A DNA stretch of 64,000 nt, taken from assembly GCA_964449285.1 (NCBI GenBank), contig CAYUZX010000003.1, positions 942 to 64,941 of the forward strand, written 5' to 3'. Positions 47,752 to 57,748 of this stretch are shown here, one piece after another. This DNA comes from an uncultured Prolixibacteraceae bacterium (lineage in GTDB: Bacteria > Bacteroidota > Bacteroidia > Bacteroidales > FEN-979). The translations under genes were made by a program, and so were the position numbers. The first letter of the stretch is position 1; every line of letters starts with the position of its first letter. The notes beneath the pieces are model-generated. The model saw only the letters and a list, made by a program, of their open reading frames with translations. It searched no databases and had not been told where the DNA came from.

Positions 47752-48674
47752 TGTTTGCCGGATGACTTAAAAAGAAACGCTTTCTCTTCCCTGGTGAGGC
47801 TGTCGTATCCCCCTTTAGAGATCTTATCAAGGATCATGTCGATCCGTTTTTGCTGTTGGGCTTTTTGTTGATTGAACTCTTCATCGGTGACAGGTCTGCT
47901 TGTGGTGCGGTTACCTTTGGATTTTTTCTTTTTTGTCATGAACATCCGTGAGAACCAGGATGAGAAGGACCCCTTGGTTCTGTATGAAGAGATCGAAGAG
48001 GGGCTGATGGATTTTATATAAAGAAATCCCAGTAATGCCCCCCCTATATGGGCAATTTGCCCTCCGGCATTTCCTCCGGGAATGGTAAAGAAATCGAGAA
48101 TAAATAGCGCGATAGCTATGTAGACAATTTTTACTCTTCCAAAAAAAAGAAGGTAGAGGGTGTAATTTGGCACATAAAATGCGATGGCTGTGACGATAGC
48201 CATTACCGATGCAGATGCACCCAAAGCATATGAGTTCAGAATCATCGGCTCAAATACCGGAAATACATTGAAAGCAACGATGTAAGCAAACGCTCCAGCA
48301 AGCCCTCCGAGGATATATAACCATACCATTTGTTTTTCAGTCAGGTATTCCAGAAAGATCCGCCCAAACCAGAAAAGCCATAACATGTTGAAGAGAATGT
48401 GCCATATGCCTAAGTGTAGAAACATGTAAGTGAGGAGTGTCCAGGGTCGTTGTATCAGGAGTGGGAGAGATGCAGGAATAGCCAGGTAGTCAACAACGGC
48501 AGAAAAGGCAGAAGATGAATCAGGATTATCGAAGAGAAAAGCCAGTACACGGAAGATCTGAATTAGGATCCATACAGATAGATTTATTATCACAAGGTAG
48601 GAGAGTACTGATTTGTGTCGGAAGAAGTTCCGAACATCTAAGAATGGGTTATTTGATGGTTGATTCATATTCAT
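47748..48674 (-). CDS. Rhomboid family intramembrane serine protease
   Basis: HLGIWHILFNM, GASASV (catalytic Ser) and AHIGGALLG (catalytic His), plus a C-terminal soluble tail. Confidence 0.85.
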   Translation of the reverse strand: MNMNQPSNNPFLDVRNFFRHKSVLSYLVIINLSVWILIQIFRVLAFLFDNPDSSSAFSAVVDYLAIPASLPLLIQRPWTLLTYMFLHLGIWHILFNMLWLFWFGRIFLEYLTEKQMVWLYILGGLAGAFAYIVAFNVFPVFEPMILNSYALGASASVMAIVTAIAFYVPNYTLYLLFFGRVKIVYIAIALFILDFFTIPGGNAGGQIAHIGGALLGFLYIKSISPSSISSYRTKGSFSSWFSRMFMTKKKKSKGNRTTSRPVTDEEFNQQKAQQQKRIDMILDKISKGGYDSLTREEKAFLFKSSGKH

Positions 48675-48690
48675 GTCAACGGACTGTTAG

Positions 48691-49521
48691 TTAGAAAATT
48701 GCTTTTTTCTTCCAGTAGTAGATCATAAAAAATCCGAAGATCATACCTCCCAGGTGGGCGAAATGAGCTACGTTATCACTTGGATTGTTGGATATACCGG
48801 AGAAAATCTCTATCGCCCCATAAAGAATAACGATCCACTTTGCTTTGACGGGGAAGAGGAAATAGACATAAACCAACATATTTGGAAACATCATTCCAAA
48901 AGCCAGGAGGATTCCGTAGACAGCTCCGGAAGCCCCAATAGTGGGGACATTCATTTGAAGCTGGATCAACTGGTTAATATAATCAACAGATTGACCTGAA
49001 TAAGACTGGTTCGCCGGATTAAGGGTCCACTCACCAATAAACCCTTTGATCGTATCATGGTAATCATAATAATTTGGAAAATTATGTTTGACAAAGTCGA
49101 TGAAAGCGTCGAGGGTGGGTTGATTGGCATAGAGAAGTGCCTCCTGCTGTATCGAGGAAAAATTCCACCAGTTGACCAATGTCTGGATGATCGCTGCTCC
49201 AATCCCGGTGATCATATAATAAGTAAGGAACCGTTTTGAACCCCAAACGTTCTCCAAAAGATATCCAAACATCCAGAGCGCAAACATGTTCCAAAGAATA
49301 TGGCCGAAATTGGCATGGAGGAACATATAGGTAACATATTGGTACGGTTGGAAATATTCCGACAGAAAATAGTGAAGTCCCAGAAATCTGACAAGATCGA
49401 TACCAAAAGCGCTTTCAAAAGTCATGGTAGCAAGGTAAAACAGACCATTGATAATCAGCAGGTTTTTAACGACAGGCGGAAGAAGCTTAAATCCGGCAGG
49501 ACTATATTGATTGGAGTTCAT
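48691..49521 (-). CDS. Rhomboid family intramembrane serine protease
   Basis: HANFGHILWNM, GASGAVYG and AHLGGMIFG. Confidence 0.85.
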   Translation of the reverse strand: MNSNQYSPAGFKLLPPVVKNLLIINGLFYLATMTFESAFGIDLVRFLGLHYFLSEYFQPYQYVTYMFLHANFGHILWNMFALWMFGYLLENVWGSKRFLTYYMITGIGAAIIQTLVNWWNFSSIQQEALLYANQPTLDAFIDFVKHNFPNYYDYHDTIKGFIGEWTLNPANQSYSGQSVDYINQLIQLQMNVPTIGASGAVYGILLAFGMMFPNMLVYVYFLFPVKAKWIVILYGAIEIFSGISNNPSDNVAHFAHLGGMIFGFFMIYYWKKKAIF

Positions 49522-49526
49522 AAAGT

Positions 49527-51338
49527 TCAGGTTGTATGCTTAAATTTTTTTGCTAGTTCTTCAAAGCTCAATAGGTACATCGTTGGATTTCCATCAGGTG
49601 TAAAATCAGGTGCTACACAATTCATCAGCTCACGGATTAATGATGATGCCTCATGCTGGCTTATTTGTTTTCCATGCTTGATCGAAAGCCTGTGTGCCAT
49701 CGTCCATGCCAGTTGATGTTCCTTTTTGTTTTTAAAGCCATCGGTTTCACTCTTATATGATTCCAGAATCCCTTCAATCAATGGTTGGATTTCAGAGGAT
49801 TCTACCCCAACAGGAGCTGTATGGACAACAAAAGCATTTTTTCCGAATTCAGAAACCTCAAACCCGGCCTGTAGAAAAAGGGCAAAAAGGTCCCTGACCA
49901 TTTGAGCATCATCCGGAGAGAACTGCACTGTTTGGGGCAACAGAAGTTTTTGAGCACCATCTACTCCCTTCTTTTCCTGTTCAAGGAATTTTTCATAGAG
50001 AATTCGCTCATGTGCAGCCTGTTGGTCAATGATCATAATGCCATTCCGGGTTTGGGTTACCAGAAATTTATTCTCAATTTGCAGAATGGGAGATGTAGTT
50101 TCTTCCTGACCAGGTATCTCCATCTGTCCCGGATGGATCTCTTTCAACGGGTCGTATAGGTTTTGCCACTGAGTTCCTCTTTCTCCTCCTGATGATCGAT
50201 AGTTGATTTCCAATTGAGGTCTGGTCTGCTTTTCAAACGGGTTGTAATCGGGGTTTATCCTGATTGAGGGTTGTGTAATGGGGTGGTCAGTAGGGAGTGG
50301 TGGCAGATCGAGGGATTTTTCGATCTCAAAATCGAGAGCAGGTGTCAGGTTATATTTCCCGATAGATTGCTTGATAGCAGCGTTGAGGATGGCATAGATA
50401 CTCTTGGCATTCTGGAAATTAATCTCTGTCTTTGTAGGATGAATGTTTACATCGATGGAAGAAGGGTCTACCTCAAGATAAATAAAATAGGTCGGGAATG
50501 CTTCTTTCGTGATTAGTTCCTGAAATGCGTTCTCAACGGCATGGTTGAGGTATGGGTTTTTAATAAACCTCCCATTGGCGAAGAAGTACTGTTCTCCCCT
50601 GGTTTTTCTGGCAAACTCAGGCTTGCCGATGAATCCCGAGAGATTTACCAGTTGAGACTCCTGATGAACCGGTATGAGTCGCTGGTTATAGCTGTTGCCA
50701 AGCAGAGTCACAAGTCGTTGTTTCAGGTTTGAAGGGGAGAGCTGTATCAGGATTTTGTCCTGGTTGTATAGGCTGAAACTGATATCTGGATGTACCAGGG
50801 CAACCCGGTTAAACTCCTCCATGATATATTTAAGTTCCAAGGTGTTACTCTTCAGGAAGTTCCTTCTCGCAGGCACATTGTAAAAGAGGTTTTTGATAGT
50901 AACTGAGGTCCCGTCGCTGCAACTTACTGCTGTCTGTGAAATGAATTCAGATCCATGTACCTGGATGCAGGTTCCTATTTCTTCATCAGTACGCTTTGAT
51001 TTGAGCTCAACCTGCGAAATGGAAGCGATTGACGCCAACGCTTCTCCACGGAAGCCGAGGGTTCGGATAGCAAGCAAGTCATTGGCGTTTTTGATCTTGG
51101 AGGTTGCATGTCTTTCAAAACTCATCCTGGCATCCCGTTCCGACATCCCACATCCATTATCTACAACCCGGATCAGGGTCTTTCCGGCATCTTTAATGAT
51201 CAACTTGATTTCGGTTGCACCGGCATCAACGGCATTCTCCAGCAACTCCTTCACTGCTGAGGCGGGTCGCTGTACAACCTCACCCGCAGCGATCTGGTTC
51301 GCGACTGATTCTGGCAATAATTTTATGATGTCTCCCAT
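49527..51338 (-). CDS. mutL: DNA mismatch repair protein MutL
   Basis: IKLLPESVANQIAAGEVVQRPASAVKELLENAVDAGAT...DNGCGM...LGFRGEAL. The ATG at 51336-51338 is preferred over the TTG at 51356. Confidence 0.95.
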   Translation of the reverse strand: MGDIIKLLPESVANQIAAGEVVQRPASAVKELLENAVDAGATEIKLIIKDAGKTLIRVVDNGCGMSERDARMSFERHATSKIKNANDLLAIRTLGFRGEALASIASISQVELKSKRTDEEIGTCIQVHGSEFISQTAVSCSDGTSVTIKNLFYNVPARRNFLKSNTLELKYIMEEFNRVALVHPDISFSLYNQDKILIQLSPSNLKQRLVTLLGNSYNQRLIPVHQESQLVNLSGFIGKPEFARKTRGEQYFFANGRFIKNPYLNHAVENAFQELITKEAFPTYFIYLEVDPSSIDVNIHPTKTEINFQNAKSIYAILNAAIKQSIGKYNLTPALDFEIEKSLDLPPLPTDHPITQPSIRINPDYNPFEKQTRPQLEINYRSSGGERGTQWQNLYDPLKEIHPGQMEIPGQEETTSPILQIENKFLVTQTRNGIMIIDQQAAHERILYEKFLEQEKKGVDGAQKLLLPQTVQFSPDDAQMVRDLFALFLQAGFEVSEFGKNAFVVHTAPVGVESSEIQPLIEGILESYKSETDGFKNKKEHQLAWTMAHRLSIKHGKQISQHEASSLIRELMNCVAPDFTPDGNPTMYLLSFEELAKKFKHTT

Positions 51339-51493
51339 CGGCACAAAAATACCCAAATTTTGCGTGTAAAAAATGGCGCCCTCCGCATATTTCTACACGA
51401 CGACGCCATTGAAATCATGTTCAATGTTGAAAAGTATTTTATTGCCCCTCAGCATTCCATCCTTCTCCAGGAGAGGGATGAGGAGTTTTTCCC

Positions 51494-52057
51494 CTAGAAC
51501 TTCGACCGGTCAACGATTGGAAATCGCATGTGTGCCAAGTAGTAGACTCCATAGAATACCGCACTGAAGAAGAATGTCCCGAGAAGGTCGTTCAAAAAGA
51601 ACGAGATCCCTTGGGATCCATCGTTAAAAAATGCCAGCCCCGCTATGTAACTCTCCATCAAACCCATGAAGTTATGCGGGTAAAATGGAAATGCCAGCCA
51701 TGCCGCAAAGTTGGTTATCAAAAAGAAGATAACCGTTGAGGCTAGAGATGCCAGCAAAATATTACGCACCGTGACGTGCTTTCGGATGGTGGCTCCGATG
51801 ACTACCGTGATAACAAAACTCAGATACACAGCCGGCATGAGGGCGTGAAACCCCAGAACGAGATCGCTGAGAAATAATGCAACGATTGGTATGGCGAAAG
51901 CAAACTGCTTTCTCTCGAAATAGGTTCCCGCAAACAATGCCATGGCTGCCACCGGAGTAAAGTTAGGCCAGTGTGGTAGCAATCGCATGAGCGCTGCAGC
52001 TACAATAATTGAGAAAACAATAAAAAACCTAGGAGTAGTAAAGGTTTTATAATTCAT
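51494..52057 (-). CDS. DUF6580-like polytopic membrane protein (putative transporter component)
   Basis: 187 aa with about 5 TM helices. The N-terminus RLLPHWPNFTPVAAMALFAG matches my recollection of DUF6580. Confidence 0.5.
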   Translation of the reverse strand: MNYKTFTTPRFFIVFSIIVAAALMRLLPHWPNFTPVAAMALFAGTYFERKQFAFAIPIVALFLSDLVLGFHALMPAVYLSFVITVVIGATIRKHVTVRNILLASLASTVIFFLITNFAAWLAFPFYPHNFMGLMESYIAGLAFFNDGSQGISFFLNDLLGTFFFSAVFYGVYYLAHMRFPIVDRSKF

Positions 52058-52081
52058 TAATACATTAGAATTAGTGTATCA

Positions 52082-52089
52082 CAAAAATA
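52082..52089 (-). promoter_or_regulatory. -7 box TATTTTTG (minus strand) upstream of the DUF6580-like gene
   Basis: An exact TAnnTTTG match 24 nt upstream of the ATG at 52057. Confidence 0.4.
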
Positions 52090-52135
52090 ATAAATCATTT
52101 CAATAAAAGTCAAGCGAAACACGAAATTGTTTTCA

Positions 52136-52143
52136 TATTTTTG
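52136..52143 (+). promoter_or_regulatory. -7 box TATTTTTG upstream of the amidohydrolase gene
   Basis: An exact TAnnTTTG match 23 nt upstream of the ATG at 52167. Confidence 0.4.
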
Positions 52144-52166
52144 AACATTTAAACAAATAATCTATT

Positions 52167-53822
52167 ATGTATTTGAAAAAGAGATGTTTACTGCCTTTCG
52201 TAATATTGACGGTCTTGTTATTAACCCAATCTTGTACGATGAAAAAACGCGTGGATACCCTTGTGACTAATGCCCGGATATATACGATGGACGAAACCAA
52301 CCAGGTCGTCGAAGCCATGGTAATTGATCAGGGAAAGATAGTAAATACTGGCACTGTGGATAACTTATTGGCATTGTATGAACCGGGAAACCGGCTTGAT
52401 GCAAAAGGACAAATTATCTTTCCCGGGTTTATAGATGCCCATTGCCATTTTTACGGGTTGGCGCTCGGATTGCGTTGGGTCGATTTGGTAGGTTGCACCT
52501 CTTTTGACGAGGTGCTGGATAGAATTGCCATTGCAGATACACTGAATGAGGATGTTTGGATAACAGGACGGGGATGGGATCAGAACCTGTGGAAGGCTAA
52601 GGAGTTTCCAAACAAAAAGACCCTGGATGAACGCTGGCCGGATAAACCCGTTGTCCTGGTACGGATTGATGGGCATTCTGTCCTGGCTAACCAGGAGGCG
52701 CTTGACAGAGCGGGAATTGGTCCAGATCACGGCTTTTTAAAAGGAGAGGTGGAAATTGCAGATGGACAGATGACCGGTATCCTCAGTGAAAACGCAGCCG
52801 ATCATATCCGGAACGCCGTTCCAAAACCCGACAGGGAATCAACCATGGATTTGCTTAGAGAAGCTCAGGAACTCTGCTTCTCCTTGGGGCTTACCGGGAT
52901 TTCAGATGCCGGTCTGGACAACATTACATTGAATCTGATGGATTCGGCACTCCAGGAGGGTCGACTGAAAATCCATATCTATGCTATGGCGGAACCTTCA
53001 CCTGAAAACATTGATGCGTTTATAAAAAAGGGACCGTACCGTCACGATCGGTTTCATGTATGCTCAATCAAGTTCTATGCTGATGGAAGTCTTGGAAGTC
53101 GCACAGCATGTTTAAAGCAACCTTATAGTGACGATCCGTCGAAATCAGGCATTCAGGTCTCTTCTCCAGATTCGATCAGAGAGTTATGCAAACTTGCTCT
53201 GGCAAATAACTACCAGGTCAACATTCATTGTATAGGGGATAAGGCTGTGCGAGAGGTCCTGGATATTTACGGTGAATTTCTGATTGGAGAAAACGACCGT
53301 CGCTGGCGGATTGAACATGCTCAGGTAGTTGATCCGGCCGACCTTATACTGTTTAAAACGTATTCAGTAATTCCCTCTGTTCAGGCCACACATGCCACAT
53401 CCGACATGTACTGGGCCGGCGATCGACTTGGCCCTGTTCGAATCAGTTGGGCTTATGCCTATAGGAATCTGCTTCAGCAAAACGGCTGGCTGCCAAATGG
53501 AACCGACTTCCCGATAGAACGGGTGAATCCATTGCTGACTTTTTATGCTGCGGTAGCCCGTCAAGACCTTTCAGGGTACCCATCAGGTGGTTTTCAGCCA
53601 GAAAATGCCCTTACCCGCGAACAAGCAATCAGATCAATGACAATTTGGGCGGCCAAAGCTAATTTTGATGATCAGGAGTACGGCAGCCTTGAGCCCGGGA
53701 AGTGGGCTGATTTTGTGATTCTTGATCAGGATATAATGGAGATTCCCATGAAGGAGGTCCCCGAAGTTAGTGTGCTACAGACCTGGTCGCATGGGGAGAA
53801 GGTATACGAAATAGTGAAATAG
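52167..53822 (+). CDS. Amidohydrolase family (Amidohydro_3, metal-dependent TIM-barrel hydrolase) lipoprotein
   Basis: Lipobox LTQSC. Metal-binding motif PGFIDAHCHF, plus HCIGD and EHAQ motifs. Confidence 0.85.
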   Translation: MYLKKRCLLPFVILTVLLLTQSCTMKKRVDTLVTNARIYTMDETNQVVEAMVIDQGKIVNTGTVDNLLALYEPGNRLDAKGQIIFPGFIDAHCHFYGLALGLRWVDLVGCTSFDEVLDRIAIADTLNEDVWITGRGWDQNLWKAKEFPNKKTLDERWPDKPVVLVRIDGHSVLANQEALDRAGIGPDHGFLKGEVEIADGQMTGILSENAADHIRNAVPKPDRESTMDLLREAQELCFSLGLTGISDAGLDNITLNLMDSALQEGRLKIHIYAMAEPSPENIDAFIKKGPYRHDRFHVCSIKFYADGSLGSRTACLKQPYSDDPSKSGIQVSSPDSIRELCKLALANNYQVNIHCIGDKAVREVLDIYGEFLIGENDRRWRIEHAQVVDPADLILFKTYSVIPSVQATHATSDMYWAGDRLGPVRISWAYAYRNLLQQNGWLPNGTDFPIERVNPLLTFYAAVARQDLSGYPSGGFQPENALTREQAIRSMTIWAAKANFDDQEYGSLEPGKWADFVILDQDIMEIPMKEVPEVSVLQTWSHGEKVYEIVK

Positions 53823-53872
53823 CTAAAAAGCGAAATGGTGAAAACAGCACCATTCATGTGCAATGAGTGACA

Positions 53873-53914
53873 ATAAAAAAAAGGCTGTCCAATTCCCGGG
53901 TCAGCCTCTTTTTT
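53873..53914. terminator. Bidirectional intrinsic terminator between convergent genes
   Basis: An A-run (53875-53882), a stem of AGGCTG (53882-53887) paired with CAGCCT (53902-53907) plus 2 further bp, and a T-run (53909-53914). Confidence 0.65.
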
Positions 53915-53929
53915 CTGGTAGTCTAAAGG

Positions 53930-54562
53930 TTATTTTGCAATGGATTTACAGATGAATTTTCCAACGTTGTCACCGGCACGATCATAGCAGCTTTGAATCC
54001 GGCCTCCTGTATCAAAGTCATATCCCATCATGTTCACACTCTGAATATTCTTGTATTCACATGATCCGAGGATTTTATCAGGATTCGAGGTTTCAACAAG
54101 GTTGACGATCATGTTAATGTATGCATTCTTTCGTGTGACACCAACATTAAAACCGGGTTCTGTAAAGATAGTTTTGATGATCAGTGTGTACGCCGCATCA
54201 GCGCCCTCTTGACCGGAGATGCCGCATTTATCTGCAGTACCGTTGAAGTTTGTTTCAAACATCGGTTGGAACCTCGCTGAGCGGTCATTTACCCAGGCTT
54301 TAGCCCAAGTATCACCACTACCTGCCTCTTTTTTGTTCATGTCCGCGACACGCTTGTTTATATAATCCGACTCTTTTTTGAACTTCCCTACAACCATATT
54401 GGAGTAATCATACTGGAGGTTAACGGCGGTTTGCCCTTTCAACGCTCCAAAACTGCCAGATTTTAGTTTCTGTGCAAAGAGGGATCCACCGATAGTTATA
54501 AAAACACCAACTAATAGCATTAAGACAATTCGTTTCATAAGCTTGCATGTTAGGTTAAACAT
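53930..54562 (-). CDS. Secreted hypothetical protein
   Basis: Signal peptide (MKRIVLMLLVGVFITIGGSLFAQ; alternative ATG at 54538). I recognise no family. A TAATTTTG box lies on the minus strand at 54579-54586. Confidence 0.5.
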   Translation of the reverse strand: MFNLTCKLMKRIVLMLLVGVFITIGGSLFAQKLKSGSFGALKGQTAVNLQYDYSNMVVGKFKKESDYINKRVADMNKKEAGSGDTWAKAWVNDRSARFQPMFETNFNGTADKCGISGQEGADAAYTLIIKTIFTEPGFNVGVTRKNAYINMIVNLVETSNPDKILGSCEYKNIQSVNMMGYDFDTGGRIQSCYDRAGDNVGKFICKSIAK

Positions 54563-54626
54563 TCTTGATTTATTTAGACAAAATTATATTACAGGAAAAT
54601 GTTTTCCAAATTAATTTTCTGAAGAG

Positions 54627-55931
54627 CTATTTTCCCCGGTTGTCAATAAATTTCACTGATTTCCTGATGAACTCAGGGAATTGTATATCATGAATCTCAT
54701 CAACTGAATGAAAAACAATCTGTGGTGCCACCCGGAGTTTAGCCCTGAAATGATCTTTGATATCCTTCTCCCGATGGCTGATCGGCAGCTTGCTCCCAGC
54801 GTGGATTACAATCTCATCGGTACCGATCTGATTGGTTGATACCTCTACCACGTAGTTATCAACATACTCAATGCTATCAAGAATGTCATAAAGAGACGGG
54901 GGATAAAGGGTGGTCCCTTTGTATTTTATCATCTGGTTTTTACGTCCAACAACAGGCCCTAGTCGCAAGGTAGTTCTTCCGCAGGAGCATGGTTCAGTAT
55001 AATGGGAGCATATATCTCCTGTTTTGAATCGCAGCAAAGGCATCCCTTCTACACCAAGAGGCGTTATCGTGACTTCTCCAGGTTCACCTTCTTTAACTGG
55101 CTGATCGTCTTCGTCAAGAAACTCTACGATGATCAGTTCAGGATGATGATGACCTCCAGTTCCGGCGCTACATTCTGCGAAAGATGTTGCCATCTCAGTG
55201 GAGGCGTAAGTGGAATATAACTTCAGGGGCCACTTCTCCAGGATCTTCCTTGCTAACGTGTTGTTTGAGAGGTCCTGGTTTCGTAATGGTTCGCCAATAC
55301 AAATAGCTTTTCTGACAGAGCTGGATCGATAATCAATTCCTTGTTCCTCTGCATACTCAATGACTTTGAGAATGAAACTGGGAACTGCAACAATCGTATC
55401 CGGTGCAACCCGGTGAATGGTATCCCACTGCAATTCAGGGATTCCATTCCCTACCCTTACAATACTTGCTCCCATACGGCGAATCCCGAGGAAGTAAGCA
55501 AGGCCGGCCATGAACCGGCGGTCAATGGTGGTCATAAGCTGGAAAATCTCTCCAGGATGCCCATCGGCACAGGTGAAAGAGATGGCCTCATTGTATGCAA
55601 GTCGATCCAGATCCTTTTCAGTCGTGGCAAAGGTCACCGGATCTCCCTGCGTTCCAGAAGTAGTGATATAGTCTACAATTTTTTCCTTCCCGACGCAGAT
55701 AAAGTCTTCATTCTGCCGCTGCAAGTCCTCCTTTGTGGTTACAGGAATGCCAACTAAATCGCTGATTCCCGATATCTTTTTGATGTCGATCTTCTTTTCT
55801 GCAAAAAGATGTTTGTAGAAGGGAGAGAAAGTGTTGAGATACTGGAGAAGTTCCTGGATCTTTGCATCCTGGAATCGCTTGATCTCCTTACCTGGCCGGG
55901 TCTCGATGTCGGGAAAAAACGGTGATGTCAT
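54627..55931 (-). CDS. Phenylacetate-CoA ligase (PaaK) / coenzyme F390 synthetase-like adenylate-forming enzyme
   Basis: The 434-aa size and the motifs TTSGTQGDPV and YASTE are typical of PaaK-like ANL enzymes. Confidence 0.8.
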   Translation of the reverse strand: MTSPFFPDIETRPGKEIKRFQDAKIQELLQYLNTFSPFYKHLFAEKKIDIKKISGISDLVGIPVTTKEDLQRQNEDFICVGKEKIVDYITTSGTQGDPVTFATTEKDLDRLAYNEAISFTCADGHPGEIFQLMTTIDRRFMAGLAYFLGIRRMGASIVRVGNGIPELQWDTIHRVAPDTIVAVPSFILKVIEYAEEQGIDYRSSSVRKAICIGEPLRNQDLSNNTLARKILEKWPLKLYSTYASTEMATSFAECSAGTGGHHHPELIIVEFLDEDDQPVKEGEPGEVTITPLGVEGMPLLRFKTGDICSHYTEPCSCGRTTLRLGPVVGRKNQMIKYKGTTLYPPSLYDILDSIEYVDNYVVEVSTNQIGTDEIVIHAGSKLPISHREKDIKDHFRAKLRVAPQIVFHSVDEIHDIQFPEFIRKSVKFIDNRGK

Positions 55932-55932
55932 C

Positions 55933-56628
55933 TTAGAATTTAAAGCCTAGTAATACCCGGAATGTGGAGATATCTATATCGTGAATCGGTCGTGCATTGT
56001 CAAAATCATTATAGTTGATGGTTCCAACGGTATAGTGGAACCCTACGAGAAATAACCTGTACCTAATATTCATCATTAATTCTTGTCCGGTGATGTGGTA
56101 TCCCCAGTCACTATTATGCCAGCTGACGTTGAAGTTCAGTTTGTAACTCAGATCGATCATCAGCCTGTCAATAGGATTTACTGTGATTAGGGGGCCAAAT
56201 TTTTGTCCAAAGAAGTAGTACCAGAATTCTGTCTCTTTTTTGTTGCTATTTGCTGGAAGATTTGGCTTGGATGTTGCAAACCAACCATCGATAAAGCACG
56301 CGTCGATACCGAATCTCAGATAGTTATTAACGATAGCAGGCCCTATATAGATCAGGTATCCCAGGCCAAGGTTCCCTCCGATCCTGGCTGCTGGAAAAAC
56401 CGATACGTCAGGAGAAAACGGGGGCAGATCAATGATGGTCTTATCCGTGGCAAAAGTTCCCAAAGGAAATACCGGTCCAATTTTTAGGTAAAACCCGCTC
56501 TTGATTAGATTCGGCTTAGCAAAGCTTTTAGTCTTTGAACTGGATTGCGTATCTTCCTGATTCTGAGATAATGCAATCCCGCAGGTTAATATCAGGAGGG
56601 TCGTTAAAAAGAATATATAGCGATTCAT
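55933..56628 (-). CDS. Outer-membrane beta-barrel protein (hypothetical)
   Basis: Signal peptide, alternating hydrophobic beta-strand pattern, and a C-terminal LLGFKF with terminal Phe (OMP beta-signal). Confidence 0.6.
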   Translation of the reverse strand: MNRYIFFLTTLLILTCGIALSQNQEDTQSSSKTKSFAKPNLIKSGFYLKIGPVFPLGTFATDKTIIDLPPFSPDVSVFPAARIGGNLGLGYLIYIGPAIVNNYLRFGIDACFIDGWFATSKPNLPANSNKKETEFWYYFFGQKFGPLITVNPIDRLMIDLSYKLNFNVSWHNSDWGYHITGQELMMNIRYRLFLVGFHYTVGTINYNDFDNARPIHDIDISTFRVLLGFKF

Positions 56629-56668
56629 AACTATAAAGTTTCAAGTTTGTATCGTAAAATTACACATT

Positions 56669-57748
56669 TTAACTGTACCTGTAACGTTCCATATATTTTC
56701 TCATGATGTTTGCAATCACTTTTTTCTCCTTGTCAGATAAGGAAAACACATTCTTTTTGTAACCTGAAGTTGAAGTAATATATTTATTTAACGAGTTTTC
56801 AAAACTTTCAGTAAAGGGCAAATTCATTTTCTGGTATAGGGCTCGCAAGGATGATATTGGGTTCTGCTCAAGATCTTCATACCTGATCTCCACAAATCGT
56901 ACATCAGATAGTTGAGTGAAATCATTCGAAATGGTGTTCGACAGATGCGATAAGAATATCGAAATTTCCTCAATAGTAGGAATATAGCCATTTTTATTAA
57001 GGATATTTTGCTTCTGCACTACCCTCCAGAGGTGCTGGGTTGAAGGAACAACTGCATAAGGGTGTCTAACGATGTGGATGAACCGTGCTTCAGGAAAAAG
57101 ATCGGCAAGAAGCTGAATTCGCAGTGAATTGAAAGGGTTCTTGGATATGATCCGTTTGCCAGTTGTAAAACAAATTTTTCTGTAAAAATCCATAAGTCTG
57201 GACTTCCATTGATCCAACAAGTCACCATCGGGGAGGAAATGGGTGTCGTTGACGAAGTAGGTCTTTTTTGACGGGAAGATGAGTTTTTCAAGAGGCGACC
57301 GGGTTGTAAGCCTGAATATAGAATATTCGTCTTCCTGAGGTTCGTCCATACCGATCTTCACATTGTCCATCGGTCGTGAAGAGCCCATTAACATCCTGAA
57401 TATAGGCTTATAAAAACGATAGGAAACAAGGAAATTTTCAGGTAAAGCCACTTGAAAAAGGGTAGGCGCAGCCAGTCCCGGATCCTGAGCCATCAGTTGG
57501 TGGAGTAGGGTAGAGCCAGTTCGCCAATGGCCGACGATGAAAATCGGGTCACGGGGAACCGGTGTGTTCTCAATGATTTTCCCATATTTCACTATTTCTA
57601 TTCTGGAAAAAAGTGAAGACCAGCAGGAACTCTGGAGCAGAAAAATTACACGGGCAATGTTTCGAGGTGTCCAGGTAATAGGATTACGCGAAAGTAGGCG
57701 TATCAGAGGACTGAAACGAATACCTGCAATAAGGTAAGAATTTTTCAA
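56669..57748 (-). CDS. Sulfotransferase family protein
   Basis: 5'-PSB loop IVGHWRTGSTLLHQL and a 3'-PB-like RIISKNPFNSLR. Confidence 0.8.
   Translation of the reverse strand: MKNSYLIAGIRFSPLIRLLSRNPITWTPRNIARVIFLLQSSCWSSLFSRIEIVKYGKIIENTPVPRDPIFIVGHWRTGSTLLHQLMAQDPGLAAPTLFQVALPENFLVSYRFYKPIFRMLMGSSRPMDNVKIGMDEPQEDEYSIFRLTTRSPLEKLIFPSKKTYFVNDTHFLPDGDLLDQWKSRLMDFYRKICFTTGKRIISKNPFNSLRIQLLADLFPEARFIHIVRHPYAVVPSTQHLWRVVQKQNILNKNGYIPTIEEISIFLSHLSNTISNDFTQLSDVRFVEIRYEDLEQNPISSLRALYQKMNLPFTESFENSLNKYITSTSGYKKNVFSLSDKEKKVIANIMRKYMERYRYS

Noticed and set aside
51363-51410. Interleaved complementary segments upstream of mutL. CGTGTA (51363-51368) pairs with TACACG (51394-51399), and AATGGCG (51372-51378) pairs with CGCCATT (51404-51410). 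This is an H-type pseudoknot-like arrangement. A separate 10-bp hairpin lies at ~51455-51480.
   Set aside because: Two 6-7 bp complementarities within 50 nt can arise by chance. I recognise no known riboswitch consensus, and I have no covariation evidence. The 51455-51480 hairpin is more simply a weak terminator for the DUF6580-like gene. It is worth an Rfam/CMfinder check only.
52058-52166. Possible riboswitch (e.g. cobalamin) in the divergent region upstream of the DUF6580-like transporter gene.
   Set aside because: The region is only 109 nt and very AT-rich. It has no B12-box-like or other conserved riboswitch core, and it is fully accounted for by two divergent TATTTTTG promoter boxes.
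54594-54607. Palindrome GGAAAATGTTTTCC downstream of the PaaK-like gene, as a possible terminator.
   Set aside because: The stem is only 5-6 A/T-rich bp, the loop is 2-4 nt, and there is no flanking T-run. It is too weak to call.
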